Shown: piece by piece, positions 16,119 through 23,711 of the stretch
Position numbering within the stretch: the stretch's first letter is position 1
Layout: the number at the start of each line of letters is the position of its first letter
Origin: an uncultured Gemmatimonadales bacterium
GTDB taxonomy: Bacteria; Gemmatimonadota; Gemmatimonadetes; Gemmatimonadales; GWC2-71-9
Direction of reading: 5' to 3'
Length of the DNA: 23,711 bases
Assembly: GCA_963821525.1 (NCBI GenBank)
Contig: CAWGED010000011.1
Location: 1 to 23,711, forward strand
Program-made: the position numbers and the translations under genes
Notes under the pieces: generated by a model
Database searches by the model: none
Told to the model about the DNA's origin: nothing
What the model saw: the letters and a program-made list of their open reading frames with translations, nothing else

Positions 16119-17822
16119 GTGTCTCCCATTGGACGGCAGTTCGGGGCCGGAGTCGCCCTTCTGATCGCGGTCTCGGGATGCAGTCATGGTGGTGCCTCTG
16201 TCGCTGCCGCCCCCTCCAGTGCCGATGCGTTCTCTCCCAGCCTGATGCGTACTCGCCTCTTCGCCTATGCCGATGACTCCATGCTCGGCCGGGAAACGGG
16301 CCATCCGGGCAACGTCAAGGCGACGACCTTCATCGCCGGCCAGGTACAGGCGCTGGGTCTCGAGGCGGGGGGTGACAACGGCACCTATTTCCAGACTCTG
16401 CCGCTGGTCGGTCGGGCGCTGGATTCGACCACCAATGTGACGGTTGACGGTACGCCATTGGAGCTGTGGAAGGATTACGCCCCGCTTCCTCCGATCGAGG
16501 GGGTTCCGGTAGCAGAGAGCGGCGCGCTGAATCAGGTACCGGTGGTGTACGCCGGCCGAATGGGAGATTCGGTCGCCGTTCTGAGTGCGGATGATGCGAA
16601 GGGCAAGATCGTTGTGCTGGGCCCGGCGATGGATCCCACCGGGAAAGAGGTCTTCAATCTCTCCATGGGCTCCATCGTTCGCTATCAGGGGGCCACCGCC
16701 ATCGCGATGGCAAACTGGGACCTGGCCCCTCCGGGTATAGCGGATTTTCTCCGTCAGTCAGGGTCGGAAATGAAGGAAGGCTCCGACGATCCGGCGGCGG
16801 CTCGGCCTCTCGCCATTTTTGTGACGCGCGCGGCTGCGGAGAAGATGCTGGGCGGTTCGGTCTCCAGTCTGCAATCGGGCGCCGCGGGCAAGTCCATCAA
16901 CGGCAAGATTGCCTTTACCGAGACTCAGCCCGAGGCGCCGGCGAGAAATGTGATTGCGATCCTGCGCGGTAGCGATCCGGCCCTTGCGGGTGAGTTCGTG
17001 GCCATCGGCGCTCACAATGACCACATCGGGACGACCGACGAGCCGGTGGATGCCGATTCGATCTGGGCCTTCAACAAGGTCATGCGTCCCATGGGGGCGG
17101 AGAACGAGCCGGGGGCACCTTCCCCCGAGCAGGCCGCGCGGATCAAGAGCCTGATCGACAGCGTGCGGAAGACCCATCCCGCTGGGCGGGTCGATTCAGT
17201 GTACAACGGCGCGGATGACGATGGCTCAGGCTCGATGACGGTGCTGTCCATTGCCCAGGCGTTTGCCGAGAGCAAGACCAAACCCAAGCGTTCGATAATC
17301 TTCGTGTGGCACACCGGAGAGGAAGAGGGACTCTGGGGTTCGGACTGGTTCACCCGGCATTCCACGATCCCGCGGGACTCGATCGTGGCCCAGCTCAACA
17401 TCGACATGGTGGGGCGTGGTGGGGTCAACGATCTCAAGGGGGGCGGACCGGGTTACCTGCAGCTCATCGGCTCACGCCGGCTTTCCACCGAGCTGGGAGA
17501 CCTGGTGGAGAGCGTCAACAAGACCGGGAATCACGGATTCACCTTCGACTACAGCTACGACGCAAACGGCCACCCGGACAACATCTACTGCCGCAGTGAT
17601 CACGCGATGTACGCCCGCTTCGGCATTCCCATCGTGTTCTTCACCACCGGCGGGCATTCCGACTATCACATGCTCTCCGACGAGCCCCAGCGCATCGACT
17701 ACACCAAGATGAGTCATGTCGGGTCACTGGTCTACGACATCGCGCTCCACGTGGCCGATCTGGATCACCGCGTGGTGGTCGACAAGCCGAAGCCAGATCC
17801 GGAGGCGCCCTGCAAGCAATGA
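16119..17822 (+). CDS. M28-family zinc metallopeptidase, lipoprotein with PA-like insert
   Basis: Motifs GAHNDHIG, NGADDDGSG, GEEEGLWGS, NIDMVGR, RSDH, DYH; lipobox VSGC. GTG 16119 has GGAG 6 nt upstream; ATG 16107 and 16089 are alternatives. Confidence 0.93.
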   Translation: MSPIGRQFGAGVALLIAVSGCSHGGASVAAAPSSADAFSPSLMRTRLFAYADDSMLGRETGHPGNVKATTFIAGQVQALGLEAGGDNGTYFQTLPLVGRALDSTTNVTVDGTPLELWKDYAPLPPIEGVPVAESGALNQVPVVYAGRMGDSVAVLSADDAKGKIVVLGPAMDPTGKEVFNLSMGSIVRYQGATAIAMANWDLAPPGIADFLRQSGSEMKEGSDDPAAARPLAIFVTRAAAEKMLGGSVSSLQSGAAGKSINGKIAFTETQPEAPARNVIAILRGSDPALAGEFVAIGAHNDHIGTTDEPVDADSIWAFNKVMRPMGAENEPGAPSPEQAARIKSLIDSVRKTHPAGRVDSVYNGADDDGSGSMTVLSIAQAFAESKTKPKRSIIFVWHTGEEEGLWGSDWFTRHSTIPRDSIVAQLNIDMVGRGGVNDLKGGGPGYLQLIGSRRLSTELGDLVESVNKTGNHGFTFDYSYDANGHPDNIYCRSDHAMYARFGIPIVFFTTGGHSDYHMLSDEPQRIDYTKMSHVGSLVYDIALHVADLDHRVVVDKPKPDPEAPCKQ

Positions 17823-17912
17823 TTGCTGATTGTTGATTGCTGATTGCCGATTTGAACCGGTTCGAATGACCGTAGTTCAATCGGCAATCGTCAATCGGCG
17901 ATCGTCAATTGC
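17820..17912. repeat. Inverted heptamer arrays TGATTGY x4 / CAATCGK-type x4 forming a long hairpin between convergent genes (possible bidirectional terminator)
   Basis: GATTGCCGATTTGAAC (17842-17857) pairs with GTTCAATCGGCAATC (17875-17889) with one bulge. Both stop codons lie within repeat units. No U-tract. Confidence 0.85.
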
Positions 17913-20751
17913 TCTTCTCCCCCACCATCTCCCCCAGCCTCCGCTTCGCCTCCGCCACCTGGGGTTGCAACGCCGGGTCCGCGTTCTTCCATAGCTCGAT
18001 GAACTTCTGGAGATGCAGCGCTGCCTTCTCCCGGTCGCCGCGCTGGGCATACAGCTCGCCCAGCCGCTTGTGGGTGAACGCCAGATACTGGGCGTCGATT
18101 TCGAGCTGATCCTCCATCGGTGACACCAGGTATTTCTCATAGGAAGCGATGGCCGAGTCGGGCCGGCTGGCCGCTTCCCAGGCTCGTCCCAGCTCGGCCA
18201 GCATGCAACGTTCGCAGGGAGCGGCTATGGTCGCTGCTTGCAGTTGACGTACGGCGGTCTGCGGGTTGTTCTCGGCGAGTGCGATCATTCCCAGGAGGCT
18301 CTGATAGTACGCCTCGCTTCGTCCCCGGATCTCGAGCGGCAACTGCTCGTACTCGCGGACGGTGGCGCGGGCACGGTCGGGTCGGCCGACCATTGCCTCG
18401 AGGTATGCCACGTCGAGATAAGGCCGGTCCACCGAATCGAGCTGGGCGTAGGGATAGCGGCGGAGCGCGGTATCCAGAATCCGGATCGCGCCGGAGCGAT
18501 CCCCCTCGAACCATCCGGCGATGCCGACGAGCATAAGCTGCGAACCGAGAGCATAGTTCAACGCGCCGGCCTGAGCCGCTCCTCTGCCGTTTTCCGAAAT
18601 CAGTTCTCTGGCCTCCTGCAGGTGACCTTCCAGGAGCTTCACCTGTGCCAGGTTTGCTGTTGCCGCACCCTTTTCTTCCGGACTGATCTCGGGTGAGGTC
18701 CTGAGACCGGTGTAGATGACTCGCGCCGTGTCGTATCGCCCCTGTGAAACGGCGAGTTCAGCGGCGATCCACGGTGTCCCGCTGTAGTCCGGGAACTTGT
18801 TCGACGCCTGCCGCAATAAGGCCGTCGCGCTGTCCGATTGCCCGGAAGCGATAAACCCCTGGACCAGGTTGAACCAGGCGGTGGCGGGGCTGGAATCCGC
18901 TGCGATCGCGCGGTGATAGTACTCGTTTGACTTCTGAGGATTCTTCAGCCGGGCATAGACCAGCCCCAGATTGTTGAGAGCTGGATAGTTGTCCGGCTCG
19001 ATATCGAGGAGGGCATTGTACGCGGAAAGCGCCTTCTGCGGCTGGATATCGACCCGGGTGTAATACGTGGCAAGTGTCAGGTAGCGCTCCCGTTCGGTGA
19101 GCCGGTCCTGATGGCGTAGCGCGTTCTGCATCGCGTGACGCTGCTTCGCCCGCTCGCCGACGTTGCCGTAATTCACGCCGAGCCTGCGCCAGGCCATGGC
19201 GAATCCGGTATCGAGCACCACGGCTTCTTCCAGGAGTTGGTCTGCCCGGCTGGAAGCTCCTGCCGTGGCGCCAATGCGCATGGCCTGCGAGTACTTCCTG
19301 AGCGCCTCCAGTGATGGAGTCGTCACCTGCTCCAGCGGTTGGCCCACACCGATGCTCTTGAGCGACTCGCCGATCTTCCGCCTGAGCTCGTGGGATACTT
19401 TGCCGATGGTCTCGATCAGTTCGGTGGAATCCTTTGCCACTTCACGAAACGCGGCCAATGGCTCCCCGTTCGCGGCCGAAATGATTTGAGCCGAAAAGGT
19501 GAACGAGGGACCGACGGAGGCGATGTCTCCGGTGATCACCGCCTTCACGCCTTCTCGCTGAGCGATCTCCCGCGCCAGTTTGGGATCGATGGCCGAGCTG
19601 TCGGGCCGCTGCATCCGCTCGAGTGCCGCTGCGATCTGCGTCGGGGAGAACACCGTCACCGTGCGCGATTGAGTGAGGTCTACCCGAAGTGCCTCCCCTG
19701 CTGCGATACCCAGAGTCGAATCGCGAGTGCGATTGGTGATATCGGCGAGGAGCACGGGATCCCGTGCATCGAGCACGCCCTGCGCGACGAGGGACCTCCC
19801 GGGTATGAGGCCTGCGAAGTACCCACCGAGGAGCACGGTGAGGGCCAGCGCGCTTGCGCCGAGGAGCACGGTTCGTTTGCGGCGCCGGGGGACCGGGGTG
19901 AAGGCTCCGCTCGAGAGTGAGCTCAGCCGCTGCCGTACCTCGTCGGCCGAGGCGGGCCGCAGGTCACGATCCTTCTCCAGGCACTGCATCAGAAGGGCGG
20001 CCAGCGGTGGCGGGCAGTCGGGCCGGCCCAGGGTGACGTCAGCCGGTTTTTCGGTGAGATGCGCTGCAAGCAACTCCTGCGGGGTCCGGCCGGCGAACGG
20101 CGCCTTCCCGGTCAGCATTTCGTAGCCCAACGCGCCGAAGGCATAGAGGTCTGCGCGATGGTCGATGTTGGGATCGGCGGCGATCTGTTCTGGCGCCATG
20201 TACGCCGGCGTGCCCATCGAGAGCCCCGCCGAGGTGAGCGTCCCGCCTGGCGAAACACTTCCCAGCGCCTTCGCGATCCCGAAATCGGTGACCACCGCGT
20301 GCTGGCCGCTGAGCAGGATGTTTTCCGGCTTGATGTCGCGATGCACCACGCCATGCCGGTGCGCGTAGGCCAGCGCATCGGCGACTTCTCCCAGCATCCT
20401 GACGACATCCGCCGTGGCGATTCGCTCCTTCCGGTTGAGCGGGGCCCGGAGCGATTCCCCCTCGACGAAGGGCATGGTGTAGTAGAGCGTGCCGCTGGCT
20501 TCTCCCGCCGTCAGCAGGGGAACGATGTGCGGATGCTGCAGCCGGGACGCGAGCTGGATCTCGCGGCGGAACCGGTCCGCCGAGAGCATCGCGGCGTACT
20601 CGGGCGGAAGAACCTTGATGACGACCTGGCGGCCCAGCGCCGTCTCCTCCGCCACGAAGACCCGGCTCATACCGCCTCCACCGAGTTCCTTCTCCAGGCG
20701 GTACGCGGAACTGAGTGCCGACTGCAAACGGTCGAAGAGATCGCCGGTCAT
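17905..20751 (-). CDS. Hanks-type Ser/Thr protein kinase with TM helix, TolB-N-like alpha/beta domain and TPR repeats (948 aa)
   Basis: GGGGMSRVF, VVIK, HRDIKPENILL, DFG, GTPAYMAPE; TM 'VLLGASALALTVLLGGYFAGLI'; TPR-like 'ALNNLGLVYARL', 'LGELYAQRGDREKAALHLQKF'. Confidence 0.95.
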   Translation of the reverse strand: MTGDLFDRLQSALSSAYRLEKELGGGGMSRVFVAEETALGRQVVIKVLPPEYAAMLSADRFRREIQLASRLQHPHIVPLLTAGEASGTLYYTMPFVEGESLRAPLNRKERIATADVVRMLGEVADALAYAHRHGVVHRDIKPENILLSGQHAVVTDFGIAKALGSVSPGGTLTSAGLSMGTPAYMAPEQIAADPNIDHRADLYAFGALGYEMLTGKAPFAGRTPQELLAAHLTEKPADVTLGRPDCPPPLAALLMQCLEKDRDLRPASADEVRQRLSSLSSGAFTPVPRRRKRTVLLGASALALTVLLGGYFAGLIPGRSLVAQGVLDARDPVLLADITNRTRDSTLGIAAGEALRVDLTQSRTVTVFSPTQIAAALERMQRPDSSAIDPKLAREIAQREGVKAVITGDIASVGPSFTFSAQIISAANGEPLAAFREVAKDSTELIETIGKVSHELRRKIGESLKSIGVGQPLEQVTTPSLEALRKYSQAMRIGATAGASSRADQLLEEAVVLDTGFAMAWRRLGVNYGNVGERAKQRHAMQNALRHQDRLTERERYLTLATYYTRVDIQPQKALSAYNALLDIEPDNYPALNNLGLVYARLKNPQKSNEYYHRAIAADSSPATAWFNLVQGFIASGQSDSATALLRQASNKFPDYSGTPWIAAELAVSQGRYDTARVIYTGLRTSPEISPEEKGAATANLAQVKLLEGHLQEARELISENGRGAAQAGALNYALGSQLMLVGIAGWFEGDRSGAIRILDTALRRYPYAQLDSVDRPYLDVAYLEAMVGRPDRARATVREYEQLPLEIRGRSEAYYQSLLGMIALAENNPQTAVRQLQAATIAAPCERCMLAELGRAWEAASRPDSAIASYEKYLVSPMEDQLEIDAQYLAFTHKRLGELYAQRGDREKAALHLQKFIELWKNADPALQPQVAEAKRRLGEMVGEKSN

Positions 20752-23446
20752 TGAGCCTTGGGCTGGGAGGCGAGCAACTTCTCGAACTTGGGATTACCCG
20801 CCAGCGGATGCCAGAACGGGTCCACTTGGAGTTCTGGAACCGGAGACGATCGACGGCACTGCAAGCAGCTGGTTCAGGATATCGATCGCTCTAGTCAGTA
20901 GTCTCCCGTCAAAACGATAGATCCGGGCGAGCTGGCTAAGGATGATGCCGCCCCGGTAGGCTTCCTTTGAAATAGGCAACATCTCGACAGCACGCTTCCC
21001 TCCCGCATGGCCTCCTCTCGGCGGCCCAGGCCGGCATAGACACGCCCAGCTTCGGAAGATTGAACGCTTCTTCGGGATTCCGTTTCGACGTCTGCCTCGC
21101 GACCATCCGAGCAGAATCAAGTAGGTCCGTGATTGGCTCGGCCGTTCCGCTGAATCAGGGCGACATCGGCCTTGAGCAGGTAATAGCCGGCGGAATCGTC
21201 GAACACGGACGGTGTCGAGCCGTGGCGAGTGCCCGGCTTAAGGTGGAGTCGCCCGCGATCAGGAACGGGTCACCTTCGGTGCCTCCCTGAACCGGCCCAA
21301 AGCCGCCAAGCATCGCTTCGGCTCCCAGTCTCGCGACACCGTCGCGCAACACCCGGTAGGCCTCGCTTGTATCACCTCGCCAGCGCAAGAGCGCCCGAGC
21401 CCCAGCGACGATATGGTGCGCTCCAGCTTGGCGATAGGTCGCGAGCGCGTTGGTAGAAGCGGCCGCCTCGGAGTAGCGGCGGGCGAGAAAATACGTCTCC
21501 CCGAGGTTGTAGCTGTTGGTTGCTGACCGCGGATCAAGATCCACGGACTTTTTGAAGTTGGCGACAGCCTCATCCCAGCGACCCTGGCGCCGGTTCACCG
21601 CGGCGATCGCGAAAATGACCTCGGGGTCCTCCGGTCGTTTCTCCAGGGCAAGGTTCAATTCCCTCAGTGCCCGGTCATAATCGAGAAACCCCCAGTAGTA
21701 GTAGAACCCCAGAGCACGGTGTGCATCCGCCAGGTTCGGACTCAACCGGAGGGCAGAATCCGCAGCGGCTTTAGCGAGAGCCAGTCGTTGAGGAGTACGA
21801 TCGAAGAAGAACCAGAAGTACTCCGAATGCGCCTCGGACAACGCGGCCCACGCGACCGCGAATCGAGGATCCAGCGATACAGCTCTTGAGTAGTTCTCGA
21901 TCGCCTTGACGATATCCTGTTCCGCGTAGCCGCGAGCGTAGTAGGCCCGGCCACGCAGGTAGTAGTCGTATGCCTCAGGATTCTCGGTTGGCTTCTCCGC
22001 CAGTTCCTGCTTTTCCGGTTCGGCGAGGGCCACGCCGAGAGCCGAGGTGACTTGCTGTGCTATGTCCGATTGAACCTGGAAGACGCCCGCTAAGACCGCC
22101 TGGTAGCCATGGGCCCAGACGTTGGTCCCATCGGAGACCTTGATCACCTCCGGGCTCACCCGGATCTGGCGGGTGCCGTCCGGCAGCTGGTCCCATCGAA
22201 CGGTACCCTCGAGGATGTAGCCGGCTCCGAGCTCTTCGCCGATCTGGCGCAGCGGCTTGGTAGTTCCCTTGTACTGCATGGCGCTGCTGCGCGGGATGAC
22301 TCGAAGGCCACTGACTCCGGTGAGGCGGTTGATGATTTCCTCGGTAATGCCGTCGGCGAAGTACTCGTCTTCCGGCTTGCCCAGGTTCTGAAATGGCAGC
22401 ACCGCGATCGTCGTGCCCCCGGGAGCGGCGGCAGACTTGCCCCTGAATCGGGGCACGGCGATCGCCAGCGAAAGCGCCATGCCGCTCCCACGATCAGCAG
22501 GCCGGCCCTACGCCATGCCGGCGTCCCGCTCGAGCGACTGCCGCCGCCGTACCGGTCGAGCGGCCGTCACTGCCGGCGTCGCACTGGTCGGCGCGGTCCC
22601 GCCACTCGGAGTGGTGGCCAGCTCGAGCTGGCTCAGCAGTTCTTCCGCGCTCTGATAACGATCGGCCGGCTTCTTCTCAAGGCAGCGCATCACGATGCTG
22701 GCCAGGCCGGGAGGGACCGTGGATCGAGCCTCGGTCACCGGTACTGGTGCCTTGGTGACATGCGCGGTCAGCACGGATTGAGCGGATGGCCCGGTGAATG
22801 GCGGGGCACCGGTCAGCATCTCGTAGGCGAGCACCCCAACGGCGTAGAGATCGGCCCGGTGGTCGGTGTGAGGATCCGCGGCGGCCTGCTCGGGCGCCAT
22901 GTACGCCGGAGTCCCCAGCGCGAGTCCGGTCGAGGTAATGGAGCTCTTGCCGCTGGCTTCCAGCGCCTTGGCCACGCCGAAATCGGTGACGAGGGCATGC
23001 TTGCCCGAAATCAGCACGTTGTCGGGCTTGATGTCGCGGTGCATCACGCCGTGCTGGTGGGCGAAGGCCAGGCCGTCCACCACGTCCTTGAGCAGGCGGA
23101 CCGTGTCATGAACCGGTAGTTCGCCCCGGCTTGCGATCCGGGCCCGAAGCGACTCCCCCTCGATGAGCGGCATCGTGTAGTAGAGGACGTCCCCCGCCTG
23201 ACCGGCAGCGAGCAGAGGGACGATATGAGGATGGTGCAGCCCCGCTGCTACCTGAATCTCGCGGCGGAACCGATCCACGTTGAGTCCGGCCCCGTATTCA
23301 GGCGGGAGGACCTTCACCACTACTTTGCGGCCCAGCGCCGTCTCCTCGGCGACGAAGACACGGCTCATCCCTCCACCACCCAACTCGCGTTCGAGGCGGT
23401 AGGCGGTGCCAAGGGCCTGCTGTAAGCGGTCTTGTAGTTCGGTCAA
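20748..23446 (-). CDS. Second Ser/Thr kinase-TM-TolB-like-TPR protein, interrupted by multiple frameshifts (probable sequence errors)
   Basis: TTG 23446 'LTELQDRLQQALG...ELGGGGMSRVF', HRDIKPDN, DFG, APE; 'IAVLPFQNLG..EDEYFADGITEEII'; TPRs. C-terminal 'LQVDPFWHPLAGNPKFEKLLASQPKAQ*', whose TGA (20748-20750) overlaps the next ATG. Breaks near 22480-22560 and 20850-21220. Confidence 0.8.
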
Positions 23447-23547
23447 GGAACTGGGGTGAGGGTGGTGAAAGTTACCGAAATCAGTGGTCCGTGGGCAGGT
23501 GTCGGACCGGGAATGGGCCCGGCTCGGCGGTATTACACTTGAGCGTA

Positions 23548-23711
23548 ATGCGCTCCTTTCATTTCTCCCGCCGAGGACTCCTCCTGGGTGCTGCGGCGAC
23601 AGCCGGAGCTCTCGCGACCGACGCATTCGGGATCGAGGGCCGTCGAGTCTACATCACCCGCCACGATGTCGAGATCCCGGGTCTGCCCGATGCTCTCGAC
23701 GGGCTCCGAAT
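23548..23711 (+). CDS. N-terminus of a probable YkuE/YaeI-like metallophosphoesterase with twin-arginine-like signal, partial
   Basis: MRSFHFSRRGLLLGAAATAGALATDAFGIEGRRVYITRHDVEIPGLPDALDGLR.... 'LP..LDGLR' normally precedes the DxH metal motif, which is outside the window. Confidence 0.7.
   Translation, partial: MRSFHFSRRGLLLGAAATAGALATDAFGIEGRRVYITRHDVEIPGLPDALDGLR

Noticed and set aside
21155..22480. Stand-alone 441-aa TPR protein
   Set aside because: It starts in the middle of the TM helix and is better explained as the middle part of the frameshifted kinase gene at 20748-23446.
23447..23626. 60-aa N-terminal extension of the second kinase
   Set aside because: It overlaps the divergent metallophosphoesterase start, and the paralog aligns from TTG 23446.

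Overview
GC-rich bacterial chromosomal segment. The 'LERELGGGGMSRVF' kinases and the tandem duplicated permeases suggest Gemmatimonadota or Acidobacteriota (inference). Left half: the end of one and three complete duplicated MacB/FtsX-type (ADOP-like) ABC permeases, one ABC ATPase, an antisense low-GC four-helix-bundle (23S rRNA IVP/Avd-like) gene, and a sigma54-type response regulator with its histidine kinase. Middle: an apparently autoregulated membrane operon (multi-TM protein, winged-helix regulator, DUF4173/DUF4153-like protein, DUF4352-like protein, and an unlisted 54-aa protein) with a duplicated ACTTT-N7-AAAGT operator, then a small lipoprotein and an M28 peptidase. Right: two tandem Ser/Thr kinase-TM-TPR genes on the minus strand and the start of a divergent Tat-signal metallophosphoesterase. 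The most striking non-coding signal is a family of 7-nt tandem arrays in nine intergenic spots. They often start at a stop codon, sometimes change unit one base at a time, and form inverted pairs that bracket the four-helix-bundle gene, a REP-like dyad, or a short hairpin. Several single-base frameshifts (about 13.1-14.0 kb and 20.8-22.6 kb) look like sequencing errors.
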